Source: the human T2T-CHM13v2.0 reference genome, Homo sapiens
Strand: one strand, 5' to 3'
Assembly (NCBI RefSeq): GCF_009914755.1
Contig: NC_060933.1
Length of the DNA stretch: 64,000 bases
Shown: one piece after another, positions 43,242 through 57,029 of the stretch
How positions within the stretch are numbered: position 1 is the first letter of the stretch
How the letters are laid out: the number at the start of each line of letters is the position of its first letter
Notes under the pieces: generated by a model
What the model saw: the letters and a program-made list of their open reading frames with translations, nothing else
Databases searched by the model: none
What the model was told of the DNA's origin: nothing
Program-made: the position numbers and the translations under genes

Positions 43242-45797
43242 GATTCCATTCCATTCCATTCCATTCCATTCCATTCCATTCCATTCCATTCCATTCCATT
43301 TCGTTCCATTCCATTCTATTCCGTATCATTCCATTCCATTCCATTCCATTCCATTCCATTCCACTCGTTTTGATTTCATTCCTTTCCATTCCATTCGGTT
43401 TGAAGGCATTCCATTCCATTCCATTCCATTCCATTCCATTCCATTCCATTCCATTCCATTTCGTTCCATTCCATTCTATTCCGTATCATTCCATTCCATT
43501 CCATTCCATTCCATTCCATTCCATTCCATTCCATTCCATTCCATTCCATTGTACTCGGGTTGATTCAATTCCATTGCATTCCATTCCATTCCATTCCATT
43601 CCATTCCGTTGCATTCCATTCCATTTCATTCGGATTGATTCTATTCAACTCCCTTACTCTCCATTATATTCCATTCCATTCGGGTTGTTCCATTCCATTC
43701 CATTCCATTCCACTCCATTCCATTGCACTCGGATTGATTCCATTCCATTCCATTCCATTCCATTCCATTCCATTCCATTCCGGATGATTCCATTCCATTG
43801 CATTCCGTTCCATTACATTCCCCTGCACTCGGGTTGATTCCATTCCATTCCATTCCATTCGATTCCATTCCATTCCAATTCTATCCATTCCATTCTATTC
43901 CGTACCATTCCATTCCATTGCATACAATTCCATTCCATTCCATTCCACTCCGTTCCGTTCCGTTCCGTTCCATTCCGTTCCATTCCATTCCATTCCATTC
44001 TATTCGGTTTAATTCCATTCCATTCCATTCCATTCCATTCCATTCCATTCTATTCCATTCCATTGCAATCGATTTGAATCCATTGCATTCCATTCCATTC
44101 CATTCCATTCCATTCCGGAAGATTCCATTCCATTGCATTCCATTCCATTCCATTCCATTCCATTCCATTCCATTCCATTCCATTCCATTATACTCGGGTT
44201 GATTCCATTCCATTGCATTGCATTCCATTCCATTCCATTCCATTCCATTCCGTTCCATTCCATTCCATTACATTCGGATTGATTCTTTTCAACTCCCTTA
44301 CTCTCCATTACATTCCATTCTATTCGGGTTGTTCCATTCCATTCCATTCCATTCCACTCCATTCCTTTGCACTCGGGTTGATTCCATTCCATTCCATTCC
44401 ATTCCATTCCGGATGATTCCAGTCCATTGCATTCCGTTCCATTATATTCCCCTGCACTCGGGTTGATTCCATTCCATTCCATTCCATTCGATTCCATTCC
44501 ATTCCCCTGCACTCGCGTTGATTCCATTCCATTCCATTCCATTCCATTCCATTCCATTCCATTCCATTCCATTTCGTTCCATTCCATTCTATTCCGTATC
44601 ATTCCATTCCATTCCATTCCATTCCATTCCATTCCACTCGTTTTGATTTCATTCCTTTCCATTCCATTCGGTTTGAAGGCATTCCATTCCATTCCATTCC
44701 ATTCCATTCCATTCCATTCCATTCCATTCCATTCCATTTCGTTCCATTCCATTCTATTCCGTATCATTCCATTCCATTCCATTCCATTCCATTCCATTCC
44801 ATTCCATTCCATTCCATTCCATTCCATTGTACTCGGGTTGATTCAATTCCATTGCATTCCATTCCATTCCATTCCATTCCATTCCGTTGCATTCCATTCC
44901 ATTTCATTCGGATTGATTCTATTCAACTCCCTTACTCTCCATTATATTCCATTCCATTCGGGTTGTTCCATTCCATTCCATTCCATTCCACTCCATTCCA
45001 TTGCACTCGGATTGATTCCATTCCATTCCATTCCATTCCATTCCATTCCATTCCATTCCGGATGATTCCATTCCATTGCATTCCGTTCCATTACATTCCC
45101 CTGCACTCGGGTTGATTCCATTCCATTCCATTCCATTCGATTCCATTCCATTCCAATTCTATCCATTCCATTCTATTCCGTACCATTCCATTCCATTGCA
45201 TACAATTCCATTCCATTCCATTCCACTCCGTTCCGTTCCGTTCCGTTCCATTCCGTTCCATTCCATTCCATTCCATTCTATTCGGTTTAATTCCATTCCA
45301 TTCCATTCCATTCCATTCCATTCCATTCTATTCCATTCCATTGCAATCGATTTGAATCCATTGCATTCCATTCCATTCCATTCCATTCCATTCCGGAAGA
45401 TTCCATTCCATTGCATTCCATTCCATTCCATTCCATTCCATTCCATTCCATTCCATTCCATTCCATTATACTCGGGTTGATTCCATTCCATTGCATTGCA
45501 TTCCATTCCATTCCATTCCATTCCATTCCGTTCCATTCCATTCCATTACATTCGGATTGATTCTTTTCAACTCCCTTACTCTCCATTACATTCCATTCTA
45601 TTCGGGTTGTTCCATTCCATTCCATTCCATTCCACTCCATTCCTTTGCACTCGGGTTGATTCCATTCCATTCCATTCCATTCCATTCCGGATGATTCCAG
45701 TCCATTGCATTCCGTTCCATTATATTCCCCTGCACTCGGGTTGATTCCATTCCATTCCATTCCATTCGATTCCATTCCATTCCCCTGCACTCGCGTT
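43242..45797 (-). repeat. Direct tandem duplication, 2 x 1278 bp (43242-44519 and 44520-45797)
   Basis: Identical ORF translations at an offset of exactly 1278 (43641/44919, 43798/45076, 43881/45159, 44213/45491). The copies share private variants CTCGTTTTGATTTC, CCAATTCTATCC, GCAATCGATTTGAATCC and CCATTATACTCGGG. Confidence 0.93.
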
Positions 45798-48700
45798 GAT
45801 TCCATTCCATTCCATTCCATTCCATTCCATTCCATTCCATTCCATTCCATTCCATTCCTTTCCATTCCAGTCTTTTCCATTCCATTCCACTCGGGTTGAT
45901 TCCATTCTATTAGTTTCCATTCCATTCCATTCCCTTCCATTCCACTCTGGTTGATTCCATTCCTTTCCATTCCACTCGAATACATTCCCTCCTATTCCAC
46001 TCGGAACGATTCCATTGCATTCCATTCCATTCCATTCCATTCCATTCCATTCCATTCCATTCCATTCCATTCCATTTCTTTCCATTCCATTCTATTCTGT
46101 ATCATTCCATTCCATTCCATTCCATTCCATTCCATTCCATTCCGTTCCATTCCATTCCATTACATTCGGATTGATTCTATTCAATTCCCTTACACTCCAT
46201 TACATTCCATTCCATTCGGGTAGTTTCCATTCCATTCCATTCCATTCCTCTCCATTCCATTGCACTCGGGTTGATTCCATTCCACTGCATTCCATTCCAT
46301 TCCATTCAATTCCATTCCGTTCCATTCCATTCCGTTACATTCGGATTGATTCTATTCAACTCCCTTACTCTCCATTACATTCGATTCCTTTCGGGTTGTT
46401 CCATTCCATTCCATTCCATTCCACTCCATTCCATTGCACTCGGGTTGATTCCATTCCATTCCATTCCATTCCATTCCGGAAGATTCCATTCCATTGCATT
46501 CCATTCCATTCCATTCCCCTGCACTCGCGTTGATTCCATTCCATTCCATTCCATTCCATTCCATTCCATTCCATTCCTTTCCGTTCCATTCCATTCCATT
46601 CCATTCCATTCCAATCCATTCCATTCCGTTCCGTTCCGTTCCATTCCATTCCATTCCATTCTATTCGGGTTAATTCCATTCCATTCCATTCCATTGCAAT
46701 CGAGTTGATTCCATTCCATTATATTCCATTCCATTCCCTTCCTTTCCGTTCCATTCCATTCCATTCCATGCCATTCCGTTCCGTTCCATTCCATTCCACT
46801 CCTTTCTTTTCGGGTTAATTCCATTCCATTCCATTCGATTGCAATCGAGTTGATTCCATTCCATTCCATTCCATTCCATTCCATTCCATTCCATTCCTTT
46901 CCATTCCATTACGGATGATTCCATTCCATTGCATTCCATTCCATTCCATTCCCCTGTACTCGGGTTGATTCCATTCCATTCCATTCCAATCCATGCAATT
47001 CCACTCGTGTTGATTCCATTCTTTCCATTCCATTTAAGTTGAATCCATTCCATTGCATTCCATTCCATTCGATTCCATTCGGTTGCACTCGGGTTGATTC
47101 CATTCCATTGCATTCCATTCCATTCCATTCCATTCCATTCCACTCCATTCCATTCCTTTCCATTCCATTCCATTACATTCGGATTGATTCTATTCAATTC
47201 CCTTACACTCCATTACATTCCATTCCATTCGGGTAGTTTCCATTCCATTCCATTCCATTCCTCTCTATTCCATTGAACTCGGGTTGATTCCATTCCATTG
47301 CATTCCATTCCATTCCATTCAATTCCATTCCGTTCCATTCCATTCCATTACATTCGGATTTATTCTATTCAACTCCCTTACTCTCCATTACATTCCATTC
47401 CATTCGGGTTGTTCCATTCCATTCCATTCCATTCCACTCCATTCCATTGCACTCGGGTTTATTCCATTGCATTCCATTCAATTCCATTCCATTCCATTCC
47501 ATTCCGGAAGATTCCATTCCATTGCATTCCATTCCATTCCATTCCCGTGCACTCGCGTTGATTCCATTCCATTCCATTCCATTCCATTCCATTCCATTCC
47601 ATTCCATTCCATTCCTTTCCGTTCCATTCCATTCAATTCCATTCCATTCCATTCCATTCCAATCCATTCCGTTCCGTTCCGTTCCGTTCCATTCCATTCC
47701 ATTCCATTCTATTGGGGTTAATTCCATTCCATTCCATTCGATTGCAATCGAGTTGATTCCATTCCATTCCATTCCATTCCATTCCATTCCATTCCTTTCC
47801 ATTCCATTACGGATGATTCCATTCCATTGCGTTCCATTCCATTCCATTCCCCTGTACTCGGGTTGATTCCATTCCATTCCATTCCAATCCATGCCATTCC
47901 ACTCGTGTTGATTCCATTCTTTCCATTCCATTCAAGTTGAATCCATTCCCTTGCATTCCATTCCATTCCATTCCCCTGCAGTCGGGTTGTTTCCATTCCA
48001 TTCCATTCCATTCCATTCCATTCCATTCCATTCCGTTCCGTTCCGTTCCGTTCCATTCCATTCCATTCCATTCTATTCGGGTTAATTCCATTTCATTCCA
48101 TTCCATTCCATTCCATTCCATTCCAATCGAGTTGATTCCATTCCATTCCATTCCATTCCATTCCACTCCATTCCAGTCCTTTCCATTACATTCCACTCGG
48201 GTTGATTCCAATGTATTCCTTTCCATTCCATTCCATTCCATTGCAATCGAGTTGATTCCATTGCTTTGCATTCCATTCCATTCCATTCCATTCCGGATGA
48301 TTGCATTCCATTGCATTCCATTCCATTCCATTCCCCTGCACTCGGGTTGATTCCATTCCATTCCACTCCATTCCGTTCCATTCCATTCCATTGCATTTTA
48401 TTCGGGTTAATTCCATTCCATTCCATTCCATTCCATTCCATTCCATTACAATCGAGTTGATTCCATTCCATTCCATTCCATTCCAGTCCTTTCCATTCTA
48501 TTCCTCTCGGGTTGATTCCATTCTATTAGATTCCATTCCATTCCATTCCCTTCCATTCCACTCTGGTTGATTCCATTCCTTTCCATTCCACTCGAATACA
48601 TTCCCTCCTATTCCACTCGGAACGATTCCATTCCATTCCATTCCATTCCATTCCATTCCATTCCATTCCATTTCGTTCCAATCCATTCTATTCCGTATCA

Positions 48701-51700
48701 TTCCATTCCATTCCATTCCATTCCATTCCATCCCATTCCATTCCATTGTACTCGGGTTGATTCCATTCCATTGCATTCCATTCCATTCCATTCCATTCCA
48801 TTCCGTTCCATTCCATTCCATTACATTCGGATTGATTCTTTTCAACTCCCTTACTCTCCATTACATTCCATTCCATTCGGGTTGTTCCATTCCATTCCAT
48901 TCCATTCCACTCAATTCCATTGCACTCGGGTTGATTCCATTCCATTCCATTCCATTCCATTCCGGATGATTCCATTCCATTGCATTCCGTTCCATTACAT
49001 TCCCCTGCACTCGGGTTGATTCCATTCCATTCCATTCCATTCCATTCGATTCCATTCCATTCCCCTGCACTCGCGTTGATTCCATTCCATTCCATTCCAT
49101 TCCATTCCATTCCATTCCATTCCATTCCATTCATTTCCATTCCAGTCTTTTCCATTCCATTCCACTCGGGTTGATTCCATTCTATTTGTTTCCATTCCAT
49201 TCCATTCCCTTCCATTCCACTCTGGTTGATTCCATTCCTTTCCATTCCACTCGAATACATTCCCTCGTATTCCACTCGGAACGATTCCATTCCATTCCAT
49301 TCCATTCCTTTCCATTCCATTCCATTCCATTCCATTCCATTCCATTTCGTTCCATTCCATTCTATTCCGTATCATTCCATTCCATTCCATTCCATTCCAT
49401 TCCATTCCATTCCATTCCACTCGTGTTGATTCCATTCCTTTCCATTCCATTCGGTTTGAAGGCATTCCATTCCATTCCATTCCATTCCATTCCATTCCAT
49501 TCCATTGTACTCGGGTTGATTCCATTCCATTGCATTGCATTCCATTCCATTCCATTCCATTCCATTCCATTCCATTCCGTTCCATTCCATTCCATTACAT
49601 TCGGATTGATTCTATTCAATTCCCTTACACTCCATTACATTCCATTCCATTCGGGTAGTTTCCATTCCATTCCATTCCATTCCTCTCCATTCCATTGCAC
49701 TCGGGTTGATTCCATTCCATTGCATTCCCTTCCATTCCATTCAATTGCATTCCGTTCCATTCCATTCCATTACATTCGGATTGATTCTATTCAACTCCCT
49801 TACTCTCCATTACATTCGATTCCTTTCGGGTTGTTCCATTCCATTCCATTCCATTCCACTCCATTCCATTGCACTCGGGTTGATTCCATTCCATTCCATT
49901 CCATTCCATTCCATTCCATTCCGGAAGATTCCATTCCATTGCATTCCATTCCATTCCATTCCCCTGCACTCGCGTTGATTCCATTCCATTCCATTCCATT
50001 CCATTCCATTCCATTCCATTCCATTCCTTTCCGTTCCATTCCATTCCATTCCATTCCATTCCAATCCATTCCATTCCGTTCCGTTGCGTTCCATTCCATT
50101 CCATTCCATTCTATTCGGGTTAATTCCATTCCATTCCATTCGATTGCAATCGAGTTTATTCCATTCCATTCTATTCCATTCCATTCCATTCCTTTCCATT
50201 CCATTACGGATGATTCCATTCCATTGCATTCCATTCCATTCCATTCCCCTGTACTCGGGTTGATTCCATTCCATTCCATTCCAATCCATGCCATTCCACT
50301 CGTGTTGATTCCATTCTTTCCATTCCATTCAAGTTGAATCCATTCCATTGCATTCCATTCCATTCCATTACCCTGCAGTCGGGTTGATTCCATTCCATTC
50401 CATTCCATTACATTACATTCCATTGCATTCCGTTCCGTTCCATTCCATTCCATTCCATTCTATTCGGGTTAATTCCATTCCATTCCATTCCATTCCATTC
50501 CAATCGAGTTGATTCCATTCCATTCCATTCCATTCCATTCCACTCCATTCCAGTCCTTTCCATTCCATTCCACTCGGGTTGATTCCAATGTATTCCTTTC
50601 CATTCCATTCCATTCCATTGCAATCGAGTTGGTTCCATTGCTTTGCATTCCATTCCATTCCATTCCATTCCGGATGATTCCATTCCATAGCATTCCATTC
50701 CATTCCATTCCCCTGCACTCGGGTTGATTCCATTCCATTCCACTCCATTCCGTTCCATTCCATTCCATTCCATTGTATTCGGGTTAATTCCATTCCATTC
50801 CATTCCATTCCATTCCATTCCATTCCATTACAATCGAGTTGATTCCATTCCATTCCATTCCATTCCAGTCCTTTCCATTCCATTCCACTCGGGTTGATTC
50901 CATTCTATTAGTTTCCATTCCATTCCATTCCCTTCCATTCCACTCTGGTTGATACCATTCCTTTCCATTCCACTCGAATACATTCCCTCCTATTCCACTC
51001 GGAACGATTCCATTCCATTCCATTCCCTTACATTCCATTCCATTGCATTCCATTTCGTTCCATTCCATTCTATTCCGTATCATTCCATTCCATTCCATTC
51101 CATTCCATTCCATTCCACTCGTGTTGATTCCATTCCTTTCCATTCCATTCGGTTTAAAGGCATTCTATTCCATTCCATTCCATTCCATTCCATTCCATTC
51201 CATTCCATTCCATTGTACTCGGGTTGATTCCATTCCATTGCATTCCATTCCATTCCATTCCATTCCATTCCGTTGCATTCCATTCCATTACATTCGGATT
51301 GATTCTATTCAACTCCCTTACGCTCCATTACATTCCATTCCATTCGGGTTGTTCCATTCCATTCCATTCCATTCCACTCCATTCTATTGCACTCGGGTTG
51401 ATTCCATTCCATTCCATTCCATTCCATTCCATTCCATTCCGGATGATTCCATTCCATTGCATTCCGTTCCCTTACATTCCCCTGCACTCGCGTTGAATCC
51501 ATTCCATTCCATTCCATTCCATTCAATTCCATTCCATTACAATTCGTTCCATTGCATTCTATTCCGTACCATTCCATTCCATTCCATACCCTTCCATTGC
51601 ATTCCATTCCATTCCATTCCGTTCCATTCCGTTCCATTGCATTCCATTCCATTCTATTCGGGTTAATTCCATTCCATTCCATTCCATTCTATTCCATTCC

Positions 51701-54700
51701 ATTTTAATCGAGTTGAATCCATTGCATTTCATTCCATTCCATTCCATTCCATTCCATTCCGGAAGATTCCATTCCATTGCATTCCATTCCATTCCATTCC
51801 CCTGCACTCGCGTTGATTCCATTCCATTCCATTCCATTCCATTCCATTCCGTTCCGTTCCGTTCCGTTCCATTCCATTCCATTCCATTCCATTCCGTTCC
51901 GTTCCATTCCATTCCATTCCATTCTATTCGGGTTAATTCCATTCCATGCCATTCGATTGCAATCGAATTGATTCCATTCCATTTCATTCCATTCCATTCC
52001 ATTCCATTCCATTCCTTTCCATTCCATTACGGATGATTCCATTCCATTGCATTCCATTCCATTCCATTCCCCTGTACTCCAGTTGATTCCATTCCATTCC
52101 ATTCCAATCCATGCCATTCCACTCGTGTTGATTCCATTCTTTCCATTCCACTCAAGTTGAATCCATTCCATTGCATTCCATTCCATTCGATTCCATTCGA
52201 TTGCACTCGGGTTGATTCCATTCCATTGCATTCCATTCCATTCCATTCCATTCCATTCCATTCCATTCCGTTCCATTCCATTCCATTACATTCGGATTGA
52301 TTCTATTCAATTCTCTTACACTCCATTACATTCCATTCCATTCGGGTAGTTTCCATTCCATTCTATTCCTCTCCATTCCATTGCACTCGGGTTGATTCCA
52401 TTCCATTGCATTCCATTCCATTCCATTCAATTCCATTCCGTTCCATTCCATTCCATTACATTCGGATTGATTCTATTCAACTCCCTTACTCTCCATTAAA
52501 TTCCATTCCATTCGGGTTGTTCCATTCCATTCCATTACATTCCACTCCATTCCATTGCACTCGGGTTTATTCCATTCAATTCCATTCCATTCCATTCCAT
52601 TCCATTCCATTCCATTCCGGAAGATTCCATTCCATTCCATTCCATTCCATTCCATTCCTTTCCATTCCATTCCATTCCATTCCATTCCATTCCATTCCGT
52701 TCCGTTCCGTTCCGTTCCATTCCATTCCATTCCATTCTATTCGGGTTAATTCCATTCCATTCCATTCGATTGCAATCGAGTTGATTCCATTCCATTCCAT
52801 TCCATTCCATTCCATTCCATTCCATTCCTTTTCATTCCATTACGGATGATTCCATTCCTTTGCATTCCATTGCATTCCTTTCCCCTGTACTCGGGTTGAT
52901 TCCTTTCCATTCCATTCCAATCCATGCCATTCTACTCGTATTGATTCCATTCTTTCCATTCCATTCAAGTTGAATCTATTCCATTGCTTTCCATTCCATT
53001 CCATTCCCCTGCAGTCGGGTTGATTCCATTCCATTCCATTCCATTCCATTCCATTTCATTCCGTTCCGTTCCGTTCCGTTCCATTACATTCCATTCCATT
53101 CTATTCGGGTTAATTCCATTCCATTCCATTCCATTCCATTCCATTCCAATCGAGTTGATTCCATTCCATTTCATTCCATTCCATTCCACTCCATTCCAGT
53201 CCTTTCCATTCCATTCCACTCGGGGTGATTCCAATGTATTCCTTTCCATTCCATTCCATTCCATTGCAATCGAGTTGATTCCATTGCTTTGCATTCCATT
53301 CCATTCCATTCCATTCCGGATGATTCCATTGCATTGCATTCCATTCCATTCCATTCCCCTGCACTCGGGTTGATTCCATTCCATTCCACTCCATTCCATT
53401 CCATTCCATTCCATTCCATTGTATTCGGGTTAATTCCATTCCATTCCATTCCATTCCATTCCATTCCATTACAATCGAGTTGATTCCATTCCATTCCATT
53501 CCATTCCATTGTAGTCCTTTCCATTCCATTCCACTCGGGTTGATTCCATTCTATTAGTTTCCATTCCATTCCATTCCCTTCCATTCCACTCTGCTGATTC
53601 CATTCCTTTCCATTCCTCTCGAATACATTCCCTCCTATTCCACTCGGAACGATTCCATTCCATTCCATTCCATTCCATTCCATTCGATTCCATTTCGTTC
53701 CATTCCATTCTATTCCGTATCATTCCATTCCATTCCATTCCATTCCATTCCATTCCACTCGTGTTGATTACATTCCTTTCCATTCCATTCGGTTTGAAGA
53801 CATTCCATTCCATTCCATTCCATTCCATTCCATTCTACTCGGGTTGATTCCATTCCATTGCATTCCATTCCATTCCATTCCGGATGATTCCATTCCATTG
53901 CATTCCATTCCATTCCATTCCCCTGCACTCGGGTTGATTCCATTCCATTCCATTCCATTACATTCCGTTCCATTCCATTCCATTCCATTCGGATTGATTC
54001 TATTCAATTCCCTTACACTCCATTACATTCCATTCCATTCGGGTAGTTTCCATTCCATTCCATTCCATTCCTCTCCATTCCATTGCACTCGGGTTGATTC
54101 CATTCCATTCCATTCCATTCCATTCCATTCCATTCCATTGCATTCCATTCCGTTCCATAGTACTCTGGTTGATTCCATTCCATTGCATTCCATTCCATTC
54201 CATTCCATTCCATTCCATTCCATTCCATTCCATTCCTTTCCATTCCATTACATTCGTATTGATTCTATTCAACTCCCTTACTCTCCATTACATTCCATTC
54301 CATTCGGGTTTTTCCATTCCATTCCATTCCATTCCACTCCATTCCATTGCACTCGGGTTGATTCCATTCCATTCCATTCCATTCCATTCCATTCCATTCC
54401 AATTCATTCCATTCCATTCTATTCCGTACCATTCCATTCCATTCCATACAATTCCATTCCATTCCATTCCACTCCGTTCCGTTCCGTTCCGTTCCGTTCC
54501 ATTCCATTCCATTCCATTCCATTCTATTCGGTTTAATTCCATTCCATTCCATTCCATTCCATTCCATTCCATTCCATTCTATTCCATTCCATTGCAATCG
54601 AGTTGAATCCATTGCATTCCATTCCATTCCATTCCATTCCATTACGGAAGATTCCATTCCATTCCATTCCATTCCATTCCATTCCGTTCCATTCCATTCC

Positions 54701-57029
54701 ATTCCATTCCATTGTACTCGGGTTGATTCCTTTCCATTGCATTCCATTCCATTCCATTCCATTCCATTCCATTCCGTTCCATTCCATTCCATTACATTCG
54801 GATTGATTCTTTTCAACTCCCTTACTCTCCATTACATTCCATTCCATTCGGGTTGTTCCATTCCATTCCATTCCATTCCACTCCATTCCATTTCACTCGG
54901 GTTGATTCCATTCCATTCCATTCCATTCCATTCCGGATGATTCCTTTCCATTGCATTCCGTTCCATTACATTCCCCTGCACTCGGGTTGATTCCATTCCA
55001 TTCCATTCCATTCGATTCCATTCCATTCTCCTGCACTCGCGTTGATTCCATTCCATTCCATTCCATTCCATTCCTTTCCATTCCAGGCCTTTCCATTCCA
55101 TTCCACTAGGGTTGATTCCATTCTATTAGTTTCCATTCCATTCCATTCCCTTCCATTCCACTCTGGTTGATTCCATTCCTTTCCATTCTACTCGAATACA
55201 TTCCCTCCTATTCCACTCGGAACGATTCCATTCCATTCCATTCCATTCCAGTCCATTCCATTCCATTCCATTTCGTTCCATTCCATCCTATTCCGTATCA
55301 TTCCATTCCATTCCATTCCATTCCATTCCATTCCATTCCATTCCACTCGTGTTGATTCGATTCCTTTCCATTCCATTCGGTTTGATGGCATTCCATTCCA
55401 TCCCATTCCATTCCATTGTACTCGGGTTGATTCCATTCCATTGCATTCCATTCCATTCCATTCCATTCCATTCCGTTGCATTCCATTCCATTACATTCTG
55501 ATTGATTCTATTCAACTCCCTTACTCTCCATTACATTCCATTCCATTCGGGTTGTTCCATTCCATTCCATTCCATTCCACTCCATTCCATTGCACTTGGG
55601 TTGATTCCATTCCATTCCATTCCATTCCATTCCATTCCGGATGATTCCATTCCATTGCATTCCGTTCCATTACATTCCCCTGCACTCGCGTTGATTCCAT
55701 TCCATTCCATTCCATTCCATTGAATTCCATTCCATTACAATTCGTTCCATTCCATTCTATTCCATACCATTCCATTCCATTCCATACCATTCCATTGCAT
55801 TCCATTCTATTCCATTCCATTCCACTCTATTCCAGTCCTTTCCATTCCATTCCAATCAGGTTGATTCCATTCTATTCCTTTCCATTCCATTCCTTTCCAT
55901 TGCAATCGAGTTGATTCCATTGCTTTGCATTCCATTCCATTCCGGATGATTCCATTCCATTGCATTCCATTCCATTCCATTCCCGTGCACTCGGGTTGAA
56001 CCCATTCCGTTCCATTCCATTCCATTCCATTCCATTCCATTCCATTGTATTCGGGTTAATTCCATTCCATTCCGTTCCATTCCATTCCATTCCATTCCAT
56101 TACAATCGAGTTGATTCCATTCCATTCCATTCCATTCCATTTCAGTCCTTTCAATTCCATTCCACTCGGGTTGATTCCAATCTAATCTATTAGTTTTCAT
56201 TCCATTCCATTCCCTTCCATTCCACTCTGGTTGATTCCATTCCTTTCCATTCCACTCGAATACATTCTCTCCTATTCCCCTCGGAACGATTCCATTCCAT
56301 TCCATTCCATTCCATTCCATTCCATTCCATTACATTCCGTTCCATTCCATTCCATTACATTCGGATTGATACTATTCAATTCCCTTACACTCCATTACAT
56401 TCCATTCCATTCGGGTAGTTTCCATTCCATTCCATTCCATTCCTCTCCATTCCATTGCACTCGGGTTGATACCATTCCATTGCATTCCATTCCATTCCAT
56501 TCAATTCCATTCCGTTCCATTCCATTCCATTACATTCGGATTGATTCTATTCAACTCCCTTACTCTCCATTACATTCCATTCCATTCGGGTTGTTCCATT
56601 TCATTCCATTCCATTCCACTCCATTCCATTGCACTCAGGTTGATTCCATTCCATTCCATTCCATTCCACTCCATTCCATTCCATTCCATTCCATTCCAGA
56701 TGATTCCATTCCATTACATTCCGTTCCATTACATTCCCCTGCACTCGGGTTGATTCCATTCCATTCCATTCCATTCCATTCGATTCCATTCCATTCCAAT
56801 TCTTTCCATTCCATTCTATTCCGTACCATTCCATTCCATTCCATACAATTCCATTCCATTCCATTCCATTCCGTTCCGTTCCGTTCCGTTCCGTTCCGTT
56901 CCGTTCCTTTCCATTCCATTCCATTCCATTCCATTCCATTCCATTGCATTCCATTCCATTCCATTCCATTCCATTGCATTCCATTCCATTCCATTCCATT
57001 CCATTGCATTCCATTCCATTCCATTCCCC

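Noticed and set aside
56171-56200. CAATCTAATCTA resembling a DUX4 site (TAAYYYAATCA)
   Set aside because: It has two mismatches, occurs once, and is explained as a degenerate copy of the CATTCTATTAGTTTCC word.
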